Shown here one piece after another: positions 47,201-64,000 of a DNA stretch of 64,000 nt (within the stretch, counting starts at the first letter, position 1; the number at the start of each line of letters is the position of its first letter). The notes beneath the pieces are model-generated. The model was not told the DNA's origin. It did not search any database and saw only the letters and a program-made list of their open reading frames with translations. Origin of the DNA: the human T2T-CHM13v2.0 reference genome, Homo sapiens. The stretch covers positions 31,616,001 through 31,680,000 of the forward strand of contig CP068257.2 in the NCBI GenBank assembly GCA_009914755.4, read 5' to 3'. The translations under genes and the position numbers were made by a program.

Positions 47201-47874
47201 CCAACCGGGAGACTCAGCTGATACTGCTTCCTTGAGATTTAATACACCTTCCTTTGATCTCTCCTGTCCCCATTATCCCAGGAAAATCCAGAGTAGCTTC
47301 CAGTCCATTCTCATTAATCCACTGGATCCAAAGTTTAGAGAGGTTCCCCTTCCCTCCAGCCTCCTTCCTGGCCCAACAGAGGAGCACCCCACCACCCTCC
47401 ATCAGCTGCTCAAAACCCACAAGGGAAAAATCCCTACAGGTCCATGCCAGGAGGTAGTGGAGCTACCCTCAGGTTCCATTAAGTCATACCAGAAGGCTGA
47501 GTGTAGAAATGACATTAAGAGGGGTTCCATCTGTAGGGAAAGGGTTCAAGATGCAAAGCTTTACAGAAGGTTCTCCGTCTAATTGTGAAGATTAAGAGCA
47601 CTGGTGGACCTAGGAAGATGAAGAATGGAGAGTGGGAAACCAGCAGAGATTTCAGGAAATGTATAGGGGCATCTTCATCGTTCAAAGCACCGGAGAGACA
47701 AAGATTATTAGACTGTGGTCCCTGCCCTTAAGGAGCCCTGGCTACAGGTGACACAAACTGAGAAGAGTTGGTGTCTATTAAAAGTGAGAAGGCAGCTCTG
47801 TCTGATAGAGCATATTGCAAGCCATGTGTGTTTTAGATTTGCTAGTAGCCACATTTTTAAAAAGTCCAAAGATT

Positions 47875-49148
<1,274 letters not shown>

Positions 49149-49456
49149 GCTCTGAGAAGGAAACACACTCGGCTGGGCACAGTGACGTACTCCATCTCAC
49201 ATCTGCCTCAGTGAGGGATCAGGGCAGCAAACGAGGGCCAAGACCATCTGAGCCAGCCCCACATCTAGAACTCCCAGACCCTGGACTTAGCCACCAGAGA
49301 GCTACATTTTAAAGGCTGTCTTGGCAAAAATACTCCATTTGGGAACTCACTGCCTTATAAAGGCTTTCATGATGTTTTCAGAAGTTGGCCACTGAGAGTG
49401 TAATTTTCAGCCTTTTATATCACTAAAATAAGATCATGTTTTAATTGTGAGAAACA

Positions 49457-49839
<383 letters not shown>

Positions 49840-49981
49840 TTATGGATGGACTGATCTGAAAATCAACCTCAACTCAAGGGTGGTCAGCTCAATGCTACAC
49901 AGAGCACGGACTTTTGGATTCTTTGCAGTACTTTGAATTTATTTTTCTACCTATATATGTTTTATATGCTGCTGGTGCTCC

Positions 49982-49987
49982 ATTAAA
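49982..49987 (+). terminator. IL10RB: Candidate IL10RB polyadenylation signal ATTAAA, with cleavage expected near 50005
   Basis: This is the first poly(A)-type hexamer at a position that fits a 3'UTR of about 0.85 kb. Several AATAAA-like motifs lie upstream inside an Alu tail and were disregarded. Confidence 0.45.
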
Positions 49988-50328
49988 GTTTTACTCTGTG
50001 TTGCACTATATGTGTTCATGATACTACCTGTGTGTCATTGTTAGATACTGAAAAAAGCTCTAGTTTGCCATCTTGATGTCCACTCATTCCACAAGTACTT
50101 CCTAGACCCTGCCTGCTGTTGACCAGGCACTGTGTTAGGTACTAGGTCTCAGTCATCTGGGAGCTCTCAGTCTAAAGCTTCAAAAACTAGAATTGCAGTC
50201 AAGGGCCAGATCCGTTATTAAAAAAAAAAAAACCTAGAAATAAAAAGTATAGTTGTGGAAGTTTAAAAAGCCAGGGGACAGGCTTAACAACAGATTAGAC
50301 ACAGAACTGAGCAAAAAAGGGAGTCTCC

Positions 50329-50610
50329 AGGTACAATGGCTCACTTCTGTAATCCCAGAACTTTGGGAGGCTGAAGTGGGAGGATCACTTGGGCCCAGGA
50401 GTTGAGACCATTCCAGGCAACATGGTGAGACCCCTTCTCTACAAAAAGTTTTAAAATTAGGCATGGTGGCATGTGTCTGTAGTCCCAGCTACTCAGGAGG
50501 CTGAGGTGGGAGGATAGCTTGAGCCCAGGAGGTCAAGACTGCAGTGAGCTATGTTCATGCCATTGCCCTCCGGCCCTGCCTGGGTGATGGAATGAGACCC
50601 TGTCAAAAAA
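50329..50610 (+). mobile_element. Older Alu (sense) followed by a (GAAA)n-type repeat
   Basis: ggtacaatggctcacttctgtaatcccagaactttgggaggctgaagtgggaggatcacttgggcccagg ... Confidence 0.85.
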
Positions 50611-51038
50611 AAAGAAAGAAAGAAAGGAAAGAAAAAAAAGAAAAGAAAGAGAAAAGGAAGGGTATTAGGGTTCTCCAGAGAAACAGAACCAATAGAATGA
50701 ACATAGAGATTTATTTGAAGGAACTGTGAAGGCTGGCAAGTTCAAAAACTGCAGGGCAGACCAACAGGCTAGAGACCCAGGTAAGAGTGGATGTTTCAGC
50801 TTGAGCAAAAGCAGTCTGGAGGCAGAATTAACTCCTCCTCAAGGGACCTCAGGCTTCTTTTCTCTTAAGGCCTTCCTTCAAGTGATAGAAGTGAAACTCA
50901 CCCACATTATGGAGGGTAATCTGCTTTACTCAAAAATCTATGGATTTAAATGTTAATCTCATCTTTAAAAATACCTTCACACCAACATCAAGACTCGCAT
51001 TTTACCTAATCAGTCTAGCTGGTTGACACATAAAATTA

Positions 51039-51433
<395 letters not shown>

Positions 51434-52945
51434 TTATTTTTGAAATTGAATTTTAAGATCTTGTTACACTTTTTTAAAGAAAAAAGAAGTTATTATCCAG
51501 GGCACAGTACAGAGAAACAAAAGAATGGAAAATATGAGTGGTTAGGATACAAGCCTGAAAAATCAAGCTGCAAGCGTAGATAAGCAAGCTGGAAGCTTGC
51601 ACAGGTGAATGTGGCAGCTGTGCCAATAGAAAAGGGATACCTGGAAGCCAAGTACATCCAATATGGAGGTTCCTCCTCCCTTCTCTTTGTCGTCATGTGT
51701 GCAGGTGTCATGGTGCTGGCCAGGTAGAGACCCCATCTGCAGAATAAAAGATTAGGGTGGGATGGCCAGCCTCTTTGTGGGCTATGTAAATGGCACAGCT
51801 GGCCCAACCAATCCACTATGCCCTATATAAATCAAACACTGCCTCTTCAAGCTCATCTGTAAAACCAACCGTATCTTGCCCCAAACCCGGAAACCCACTC
51901 GGACCCACTCGCACTCCCTCCCTCTGCACAAGGAAGCTCTCTCTTCTTTCTTTCAACTATTGAACTTCCACTGTTAAACCCAGTTTTTGTGTGTCCATGT
52001 CTTCGATTTCCTGTGCCTGTGATTTCAATTTCCTTAGCATAAGACAATGAATCTTGGGTATTTCCCCAGACAAAGGATGCCACTTCACCAGGAAGTGACT
52101 AAGGGAAGAACACCTGTGGGAAAATGTCCAAGAATTCTGGGACCAGAAGGGGTTTCAGCAGAGCATCTGTGGGCCACCAATCAGACATTCTAGCAGAAAA
52201 CATATGTCCAGTTGGTTTGAAAGACTCCCTGAGGAGAAGACAGTGTAAGCCATCCTCACCCCCTTCCACCCTTCCTCCTCGCTCTTTCTGGCTGCCTCGC
52301 CTTGTTGAAAATATCTCACTTCCTTTTGGGGCTCCTGCCCCTCCCCTAACATACCTCCCACACCCATCCCCAGACTGGTTTAGCCTCCAGGGCACCTTTG
52401 TTCCTTCCTCTCACAACCATGGGTCTCAGCCGTAGCTGCACACTGTGGCCGCCAGGAGAGCTTTAGAAATGTGGATGCCCAGGCCTTACCATGACCAGTG
52501 AATTTCAGCTCTCTGCAGAGGGATTTTTGCATCAGCATTTTTTAAAGCTCCTAGGTGATTGCAGTTTGCAGTCAAGGTGGAGAACAGCTGCTGTAGCAGA
52601 GCAGTTATGATAGATTGAAAGGACGTGCTTACCTGCACTTCTGTGTGACCTTATGTTATCTGGCTTTCAAAGGGGTCGCTTTCTTTTAATACCCAGCTAA
52701 CTGACTCCACTCATTACCTTGTGCTTCCACAGGAAGATTTCTTTCCTGAGGGGTTGTGAGTGTCTCTGGGAAACATGCCCCAGGAATGCATCCTTCCCAT
52801 GCACTTCAGCCTTCTCGGCTGCTCACCACTGACCACCTGGGAAGCAATTCTCCAAGTTGCTACCCCTTTCTTTGTGCCTAATAAGATAATCCTAAGTAGC
52901 TGGTACAAAGAAATATTTGTTGAATTAATGAATAATAAATAATGA

Positions 52946-53289
<344 letters not shown>

Positions 53290-53379
53290 TTAAACAGAGA
53301 GCTGTAAGTTAACAAATCACCATAAAACATATGCAAGCGAAAAACAAAAATAAAACAAATATGCAAAGTAAAAGAAAAC

Positions 53380-53790
53380 AGTTATGTTCTGTACAGGATA
53401 TCCAGATGCTACAGTCTGGATGTTTGTGCCTCTCCAAAATTCGTATGTAGAAATCTTTAGGAGGTGGTGAATGGGATTAATGACCTCATAAAAGAGGAGC
53501 TGCCCATCTCTTCCACCATGTGAGGACACAGAGAAGGTGCCACCTATGAGGACAGGCCCTCACCAGACACTCAATCTGCTGATGCCGTTCTCAGAGGTGT
53601 TTGAACCAGAGCGACTCCATCTTGAAGAGGGGCTGGGTAAAGTATGGCTGAAACCTACTGGGCTACATTCCTTGGACAATTTCTGTTGTTTTGAACCACG
53701 CAGCTTGCGATCATTTGTTACTTCTGCCGCAGGAAACTTAATCCAGCACGGAAAGACTCTGTTGTTTTACCCTGACCAGTTCTAATATCT
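53380..53790 (+). repeat. ERVL-MaLR (MLT1-type) LTR, sense
   Basis: gcctctccaaaattcgtatgtagaaatctttaggaggtggtgaatgggattaatgacctcataaaagaggagctgcccatctcttccaccatgtgaggacacagagaaggtgccacctatgaggacaggccctcaccagacac. Confidence 0.55.
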
Positions 53791-54489
53791 TCTTAGTATC
53801 TAAAATGGGGAAGAAGATGGGCAGAGGGTCATTCAGATTTATTTTACGGGAACTTAGTATCTTACTCTTCTCAGCAAGGGACTTAGCTGAGAATGACTGG
53901 GCATGCTGTCTCACTGTCCCATTTCCTGAACTCTCTAGTTCAGAAAATGCTGTTGCAAATCAACTTCCTTAAAAAACAAACGGGAAGTAAAAAACAAAGT
54001 CTATTTTATGAACTAGAGTCTCAGAGACTCAACATGATTTTTCTCCCTGAGTCAGGTCCATGGTTCTGTCTCCTGACCACCTCACCACTCCTGTTTGAAT
54101 CAAGCAGACACCAAACAATGTCTTTGTTTCCATGCCCATGAGAACTCTTAATTAAACAGCCACTGACTATTGGGCTGGCACTTTACGAGGTCAAATTTAT
54201 TGCTGTTGGATTGTGATAAAAAAGATAACCGGAAGGTTAAAGCTGTGGGAGTAATATCTCTGAGCAGGAGGAGTCATGGCAAGGACAGACTTTAAATTGG
54301 GTTAAACAATTCAATATAAACAGGAAACACAAGCCAGCTGCAGTTCCCCTCCTCTTGGCCTCTGCCTGGGGCCTGCCTGCTACTGGGCTGCCCCTGAGGG
54401 TCGCATTGCACACCTGCCCTATGGAGCTGATGGGGTGGGAGCGATAGCCAACCCTTACTTACTGCTTCCTATGTGCAGGTCTTGTTCTA

Positions 54490-54695
54490 AGCACTTTTAC
54501 ATTTTCATTTAATTCCCACAGCAACCCAGTTAAGCAGATACTATTATCTGCCTCATTTTTCAGATAAAGAAACTATGGCACAGAGAGGTTCAATCACTTA
54601 CCTAAGATCACACAGGCAAGAAGTGACAGAGCCAGGACTTGAACCCAAGTGGTCTGGCTCCAGACTCAATCATCTAAGATAGCCACCCATGATCC
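54490..54695 (-). repeat. MIR fragment (antisense)
   Basis: cagataaagaaactatggcacagagaggttcaatcacttacctaagatcacacaggcaagaagtgacagagccaggacttgaacccaagtggtctggctccagactc is the reverse complement of the MIR 5' region. Confidence 0.7.
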
Positions 54696-56118
54696 CCACC
54701 TCCTGGTAGCCACACCCTTGAGTAATCCCTTCCTCTTGAGTGTGGACAGTGCCAATGACCTGCTTCTACCCATGGAAAGCGACACAGGTGACAGGATGCT
54801 GTCTTAGATTCCATAGGATTGTAATTCTCATCTTGCCAGCAGACTCTCTCTGTTGCCTTCTTGGACAGCACACTTGCATGAAGCAAGCTGCCATATTGGA
54901 GAAGTCACATGGCTAGGACCTGAGGATGCCTCCTCCAGCCAACAACGAACAGGGAATCGAGGTTCTCAATCCAACAGCAACAGGGTGAGGCACTGTTCTA
55001 AAAACAAGAGGCTGGAGCTCAAGGTGGACTTTCAGCGATTCCCTGCTCCTCATCCAGGGAGCTGCCAATCAGGCATAAGTCACGCCCCTTCTGCCAGGCA
55101 GGAGACTTCTTTCATTTCTAGGGAAATGGAAGCTGGGGGTTCCCCGATGACTGCTCCATGCGGGAGTGCCAAGGCTGGGCCCCCTTGCGTTAACTTCAGG
55201 CAACTCTGAATCATCATCCATCTCCAACTTCTCCCTCTGCCCAATCCTACTTTCCTCACTCCTTACAAGTGTTGTCCCCAAGAGCATTTCCAGATGAATT
55301 TCCCACATGCAAATTTTCCTTCCAGAGTGTGTTTCCAGGGAACCCAGCCTAATCTAGAGATCTTGGGAAGACCTGTTGCCGCAGAGTGATGACAATAAAG
55401 TCTAGACTTCATGGTATTGAGGAGTGAACAGGAGGGTGTGGAGAAGCTGGGACAGCAGGTGTAGCCAACTCCTTTGAGAAGGACGGCTTTTGGGCTCAGA
55501 AGAAGTGTGACAGTGTCTGGAAGGGGCAAGAAGAAAGTCGAGGGGGGGATATTTCAGGTGAGTGATATTACACCACCATGGTATACTGTCGCCTGAGGCC
55601 TGTAGACAGGAAATGAGGAGTCCGGCTCCTAGTTAGAATCCCAGGGCTGGTTTTTCAGGACTGACCCTGGGCAACTTTAAGGCTGTACCAAGGAGGCCTC
55701 ACAGGGAGGCTCCCTCTCCAGACCAGAACTGGCATAGCCAGTGCACTGCAGTCCCTGGAGGGAGCTGCGGTCAAGGTCTCAGGCCCCTGCTGACCATGCT
55801 CTTATGCACACCTGTGTTCCCAGCCTTGCACGTGTGCCCAAGGCCTTCTTCAGGCACCTCAACTAAGGCCTCCTTATTCTCAGGGAGTAGGGAAGGGGGA
55901 GCCACGAAGACATTGTTATCCTCTCTGACTCAGTTCTTTCCTACTCCTGGCCCTGTCCTCTCTCCCTCCCGCTAGTTCCCGGGTCCATAAAACTACAGAA
56001 GCCTCAACAGAGAGATGACCTTCACCCCCACATCTATACTGATTACTTGACTCTTGACTGGAGCTCTGTTGCGGGGAGGGTGGAATCCTCTTGCTTCTGC
56101 CCCTGCAGTGAGTGATGA

Positions 56119-56554
<436 letters not shown>

Positions 56555-57900
56555 TGACCAGACCTACAGCCCCCGCTCTGGCCTTTGGCAGGAGGAGGGA
56601 TACTCCCGAGGTTGTCACTGGAGAGAACACAGGCCAGGGACAGGCAGTTGATCCCACTAAGGGGGTGAGGGGTTAAGGAAGCCTGGTGTCTTCTATGTTC
56701 CTGGCAAAGTATAGGTCATCAACAAAGGGAGGGAAGAGAGGGGCTTGGGAGGAAATGAGTAGGATGGAGCAGCTCCCTAGGGGAATGAGAAAGTGAGCCC
56801 ACCTGACCAGGCAGAGGGCTGATGGGGCAGTGCCAGAGCCCGCTAGAAAACCAGTGACAGAAAAGCTGCAAGGTGCCCAGCTTGGTGACCAGCCAGTAGC
56901 AGGGTCTGCAAGATGGCTGGCTCCTCCTTCCCAGCACAATGAGCATTTCTGCCACGGCGGGGACAGCACAGCACAGCGCTGTTGGCCAGGAAGGGGGCTG
57001 AAGAAGAGCCCTCCCAGGGGGAATGTTGGCATTGTTGCTCTGTTTCTAGTTTCCACAGCAGTCTGGAGGAAAAAAGGACCCAGCCTGAAGATGCATCAAA
57101 AAGTGATTGACACTAAGCCCAGTTGAACAGCCAAAGCCTGAAGGCAGGGAAATTCAAACACCGAGTCAGCCGGCAAAGTACAAGCCATGCTGACTCGGCC
57201 TGCTGAGCCATCAGCAGGATGGCTGGATTACCGCTGATCCAGCCAATATCCATCCAGAGATTACACACCGTCCCTCAAGGTGCAATCGCGGTTTCTTTTT
57301 CTTCTGGTTCTTTCTTCAGCACCAGCTAACAGAGCATCACTGATACTGTTTTCCTGAAAGCTTGCAAGGATCCCAAATGGGCTGCCCTGAAAGGCCCCCT
57401 ACCTTTGAGCATGCGCACTCTCCTGGGGATTTTGTGAGTTCCCCAGCTCCCAAGTATACACAGAGCCAGATCTACAGTAGCAGACGCCTCATCATTGCAG
57501 GTCTGAATGGCCAGGAAGACATGAAATTGATGTTTCAGTTGACTGAATTGATCAGCACTTTTGTAATCAGTTAAACCAAGCCAGTTCCTTCTTCAAACAA
57601 GCAGTTACAAAATGGCTTTTATTGGTGGCATCACAAACACTATGTGATTAGTCATTGTCTTGTCTCAGGCTGTACTATCAAGATAAGACATTCAAACAGC
57701 GTTATTTTCCTAAAGATCGTAAGACTAAGGACACAAAAAAAGCAAAACTGGCTGGTTAGAGCCAATAACCTCCACAGTTCCTTACATAATGAGCAAAGGC
57801 TGTCCAAAAAAGGTAAAGAGCCTATTCTACTATTCTATGTAGATAAGGTCTCGTGGGAGGAAGTACCATCTCCTATCCCTGGTTCTAAGTCTTCAACTGT

Positions 57901-58216
<316 letters not shown>

Positions 58217-58593
58217 TGATCACCTACACTGGTAAGCAAAGGTCACTCTCACTTCCTAGGTCATGACCTATCAATAGGTCAGAGTCCTAACGGGAAACCC
58301 ATGACACACTCCAACAGAGTAACTGAGAAAGGCATAATGAAGGATCTTATTGTAGCAGCGTAGGCAGGGTGAAGGGAAACCAAAAAACAATACAGTAGCA
58401 ATAGTGGGAAGCTCACTAGCTCTAGGCCTGTTGGGAGGCAGGGGAGGAGCCATTACCCTGGAGAGCACAGGGGTCAGCCACACAGCCCACTAATGGAGAC
58501 CCTGCAGGAAGAGAGCACACCTCATTGTCCCCCACCCTCTGATCTTGGGCTGATGCCTCCCACTGGTGGAACCCACCCAAAGTCAGAGGGTAA

Positions 58594-58916
<323 letters not shown>

Positions 58917-59347
58917 TTTTTGATGCATTTTATACAAGAAGTCTCCCAGGGCATGGAACAGGGCAGGCCCAGAGAAGAATGGATCTGGAGAGGCAGATGG
59001 AAGGCCTACAGCACCCAGGGAAGCAATATGAGAAAAGAATATAAGAACAGAGACTGTGACAAAGCAAATTTAGATCCACAACATTGACATTTTTATAAAA
59101 AGGTTTTTGGAGGTTTATACTGAAAAGTTTTGTAACAATTATATTCATGTGTATCAGATTTGTAAGGTGTTCAAACCATTTTAACATATCCATTTGGCTT
59201 ATAATTTTCATTACATTTTTAGTTTGAAAGAGTTTAATTGATTAAATTTTTAATCATTGTTTAAATACTCGAGGAACCCTAGTTTGTAAAATTCTAGTTT
59301 TTGATATAATAGTTATCTGAGCAGAATGTGAATTTACATCATTGGGT

Positions 59348-59612
59348 TTTTGGGGGGTGGGGTTGTTTGGAGTGCAGTGGTGCGATCATGGCTCACTGCA
59401 GCCTGGACCCCACTGGGACCCAGCGGTCCTCCTGCCTCAGCCTTCCAAGTAGCTGGGACTACAGGTTCATGCCACCATGCCCAGATAATTTTTTTTACTT
59501 GCTTTGTAGAGATGGGGTCTCACTTTGTTGCCCAGGCTGGTCTTGAACTCCTGGGCTCAAGCAATCCTCCTGCCTTGACTTTCCAAAATGCTGGGAGTCA
59601 CCACACCCAGCC
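59348..59612 (-). mobile_element. Older diverged Alu (antisense)
   Basis: ggagtgcagtggtgcgatcatggctcactgcagcctggacc ... ctcctgggctcaagcaatcctcctgcc ... cacacccagcc. Confidence 0.8.
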
Positions 59613-62600
59613 CAACAACATTGTTAGCTGTTTAAAAACAATGATTTAGTGTGGGTTCCCTTCAGTGTGTAAAAATTATTAAAATCGGGTAAGTTTAGCA
59701 TCTGTGGGAGCCAGGAGGGAGCTAAGCGCCTGGTAACCTTCCACTTCTTCTTTCCCTAATTTAGATCATGTCATTCCTCTGCTAAAATCTCCATCATGGC
59801 TTCCTATCTGGCCCAGAATAAAGCCCAAATCCTTGCCAGAGGCTGCAGGCCCCACCGACTACTCCCCTGGCCTCCATTCCTCTGCACCCCTTCTCTCCTC
59901 ATTCTGCAGGGGCTCAGCCTACTTGCTGTGCTTGTGTGGAGACAAACGTGACTGCATCTTGGATGCTAATCCACCATGTTGACTTCTGATTCACCCCAGT
60001 CCCTGAAGTCCTCCTGATTCCTACTTTATTTACTGTCCTTAGTGTAAGAACATGTACTCGCTACAAATCCTGCCTTGAGATCAAAGCAACCATAATACTA
60101 TCACACCAAGTACAGGCTATGACGCACATAGCAGTCTTGCCTGTTCTGGACAGTGGTCTTTCATTGACTCTTTGGAGTATGTACCCTCTTTCCCTCTAGT
60201 ATATAATCTCTGGGTCTGAGGGTAACCATGAGAAATCCCTTTGTCTTGCAGCTGCCCAAGACCATGCTTCTGTCTGTGAGTTCCCCAATAAACCACCCTT
60301 TACCGACAAACTGAATTTGTCTTCCTTGTTCTTCGGTTTCTCAGCTCCTTTGGCATTTGGGGGCCTTTTTGCATATAGGGCCCTTTCACGGAACAGCCTG
60401 GGATGTGCCAGAGACACATCTGTCTCAGAGCCCGTGCATATGCTCTTCCCTAAGCATGGATCACTTTCTATTTACACAGCCCTCTCCTTGTGTCATTGCG
60501 TCCAGTGTCTCTTTCTTAGAGAGGCCCTCTCCCTTGCTGTCTCTTGTCCCTCTTTCTTTTTCTTCATAGTATGTAGCATTACTTGACATCATAATATTTC
60601 GATTCAATTCAACAAATATTTTTTGTTCACACATTTGTCCTTGTCCACACTAGATTGTAGGCTCCAGGAGAGCACAGACATTGTATATTTCATTCACTCC
60701 TGGATCCCCAGCCCTTAGAACAGTGCTTGGTGCTTAATAGATGGCTCAAGATCTATTTGTTGAATGCATGGATGTATGAGTGAATGAATGAATGCTCAGG
60801 ATCTTTCAGTAAATCCGTGGCTGACTCATGCCCAGAGTTCAGGTCTTCTATGTTCCTTTCATTGATAGCTGCATTGCCTTCCAGGATTTCCCATCTTTCA
60901 GATTTCCAGAAATTATGTATACATATATACTGTGCCCTCTCAGCTGATGGCTTCCTTTTCCTTTCTTCACAGCTCTCTGGCATCAATTTTTCCACTTCTC
61001 AGAAACACTTTGGCCCACAAATTCCCAAAGGAACCTTGTTCTTCATTCTGGAAAACACGATGCCAACATATCAGAATAAAGGACAGATAGGAGCTTTTGC
61101 TTCAAAGTGAATCACTTCATGGATGTTAAAGTGTCCTGAAAGATTCTAAACTTCACAACTTTTGATAGTAACGGTACTATATTTGCAACATATTTGCATA
61201 TATTAATTGTTATATCTGAAAAGCATGAGATTGCTGTTTTATAAAATTAAATGAAGTAAGTTAATATTTTATTGCTAGGTATAAGAACTGCTGATGAGGA
61301 CATCTATAGAAGTAGAAAATTCTAAATGTCCTACCATCACCAATAAGAAACTTTTGACAGTCCCGTAGATACAATATAATCACATGGAAAACTGTATACA
61401 GTATATTGTATGTGAAGATCCCACAAAAAGAATAGGGACTGTAGGAAATATAATCATCTAAGCTACGGGTAAGAAGAACATCAAGATTCTTTAAAGCAAT
61501 GGCTCTCAAAGTGTGTTTCCTAGACCAGCAGCATCAGCACCACATGAAAGCTTAGGAATGCAAACTCTCCAGCCCCGCCTTGGGCCTACTGGCTCAGCAA
61601 CTGTGAGGGAGAGGTCTGTATTTTCATCTATGTTATAACAGGTCCTTGGGTGACTCCAATAAACACTAAAGTTGGCAAACCATTGCCTTTAAGGGTGCAT
61701 AAGGTGTTAATTTAGTACAAAATTTGCAGTTTTCTGTGTTGTTGTGACTTTCTATTTTTGCAGGAGTAGAAAAGTACCCCATTGCAGTAGAGATAAGTGG
61801 ATCTGAAACCCCAACAGCAGCTGAAGAGGTTCTTTATGACAGCTGGAACCTGCACTCCAGTTGCCCTTGCACGTTTGTGGTTTAGCAGTCCCAGAGACAA
61901 ATCTGCCACTTCTGGCTTGCATCCAACAAAAGTGCAGCTGTTCATCATTAGGAGATGTTGGCTGATGTACATAGACATGTAAGAAAGATTCAAAGCGTCA
62001 TGGATGGATCACCAATAACACCAGCATATGCAAGACCAGAGGAGAGTGTGTGATCCAGGTCCTAGGATTGACAAATGAGGACTCAGTCCCTACTTGGGTT
62101 GGTGTTTTATTTTGACTTTTTTCTGAAACAGCAGAGAAGCTTACCAAATAATCACAAGGAGATAAGAAAGTGTTTACATTTGTTTCAGTTGCTCTTCACT
62201 GCCTCCTTATGACCAACACTCACAATTCTATGGTCTTAGCAGTTGCACTAAGAAGTCAGAAGAACCTGCTATTGTGGGTTCATAATCTTTTATTACCTTT
62301 CACTGAGAAACAATTTATACTACTAAACAAGATATCAGTTATGATGCTCAAGATTTTAAGTGCCTTTTGAACTAAAAACAAACAAAAAAATTGTGACCTG
62401 CATATAATGTAAATGGTTTATCTTCAAGTCAAAAGCCACAGGTTTACCTCTGCAGCTTTACTCTTTCCTAAACATTGCTTTCGTGTATTGCTTATGCATG
62501 CTTTCTGCGTCCCAAAAAGTATGTAGAGAATAACAGTTTAAGTCCTCCAGATGAGTTACTACCTCTACTACATGTTTCATTCTCATTACATGTTGCATTG

Positions 62601-62639
62601 CTTATTAATATCTGTGTTTTGTAGTGGACTTCATGAGGA

Positions 62640-63060
62640 CAGGTAATGTTACCAACTGAATTGTGTACCCCCAAAATTCACATGTTGAAACCCTAATCCC
62701 CAATGTGACTGTATTTGAAGTAGGGCCTACAGCAGGTAATTAAGGTTAAATGAGGTCATAAGGGTGGGGCCCTGAATCGATGAGATTAGTGTCCTTATAA
62801 GAAGAAACAGCAGAGACCTTGTTCTCTCCACCATATGAGGACACAGTGAGAATGTAGCCATCTGTGAGCAGGAAGGGAGGCCTCACCAGGATCCAAATGA
62901 GCCAGAACCTTAATCTTGGACTTCTCACCCTGCAGAACTGTGAGAAAATAAATTTCTGTTGTTTAAGCCACATAATTTGTGGTATTTTGTTATGGCGGCC
63001 TGAGCAGACTAATACAGATACCATGTCTATCTTGTTCATTATCCTATCTTCTGTGTTATA
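62640..63060 (+). repeat. ERVL-MaLR (MLT1-type) LTR, sense
   Basis: ccaaaattcacatgttgaaaccctaatccccaatgtgactgtatttgaagtagggcc ... ccaccatatgaggacacagtgagaatgtagccatctgtgagcaggaagggaggcctcaccagg ... ctgcagaactgtgagaaaataaatttctgttgtttaagccacataatttgtggtattttgttatggcggcctgagcagactaatacag. Confidence 0.65.
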
Positions 63061-63575
63061 GTTTATCAAATATATGTTTAGTAAGATGCATCCTAGTTAG
63101 AAGGCATTGAACTTGGGCTTAAATAACTGCTGCATCGTGTTACATTTCCAGGATTTTTTCTCTCTTTCATGAACTCTGTGAAGAAATTTTACTTAGAAAA
63201 AACTGACACTGTCATTGGCATTACAAGAGGTGCTCTACAGGACTTGTGTGACCCACAGTAATCCTGCAAAAAAGCCATGTCATCCACTCATGGACAGATT
63301 TAAGCTTAAAATTCTTCCAGAGTTTGCAATGGGATATCTCCCTTTATCTTCTCTGTGGTACAGAGACAGTTTTCTGTTAATTTCCACATAAGGGCTTTCC
63401 ATGAACATGGTAAACAAAAAAGGGAGAAAGCAACAAGTTATAGCACTCTGAGTAGGTAGGTTTCATGAGAGCAGAGAGGTGATCAGGAAGGCAGAGATGT
63501 GAACAGACCAGATGTCTTGGGGGCTCAAGACCAGTATACATGGTGTGGGAACAAATATTAAGTCTTTTATTTTTA

Positions 63576-64000
<425 letters not shown>

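Noticed and set aside
47163-47582. A 139-aa ORF starting MCVCVCACVCVCV
   Set aside because: The N-terminus is a translation of the (GT)n microsatellite, and the remainder is unremarkable intronic sequence.

Overview
This window is human genomic DNA from the class II cytokine receptor gene cluster on chromosome 21q22.11. All genes read on the + strand. It holds the 3' half of IFNAR2 and then the whole of IL10RB. The IFNAR2 part comprises two FNIII-domain exons, the transmembrane (TM) exon, the Alu-derived alternative terminal exon of the short isoform, and the large cytoplasmic terminal exon with its 3'UTR. IL10RB comprises a CpG-island promoter, 7 coding exons and a 3'UTR containing an Alu. 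About 14 kb of intergenic sequence follows, heading toward IFNAR1. Exon assignments rest on exact translation matches to the known IFNAR2 and IL10RB protein sequences, with canonical AG/GT splice sites. The IL10RB CDS sums to 978 nt, which is 325 aa plus a stop codon. Roughly 25-30% of the window is primate and mammalian repeat. I count about 45 Alu elements, many with intact target-site duplications and several nested or in tandem. There is a Tigger1 (pogo) DNA transposon remnant, a solo HERV9 LTR12, several ERVL-MaLR LTRs, MIR fragments, an L1 fragment and several microsatellites. Almost every ORF in the six-frame track is Alu-encoded, GC-rich or microsatellite noise. Nothing here looks like a prokaryotic or novel system. 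The interesting structure is isoform-generating architecture and the layering of mobile elements. This includes Alu exonisation giving the IFNAR2 short form, TM-exon skipping that gives a soluble receptor ending EFS-stop, a short IFNAR2-IL10RB intergenic gap with a single canonical poly(A) signal, inverted Alu pairs, and an antisense LTR12 carrying CCAAT repeats.
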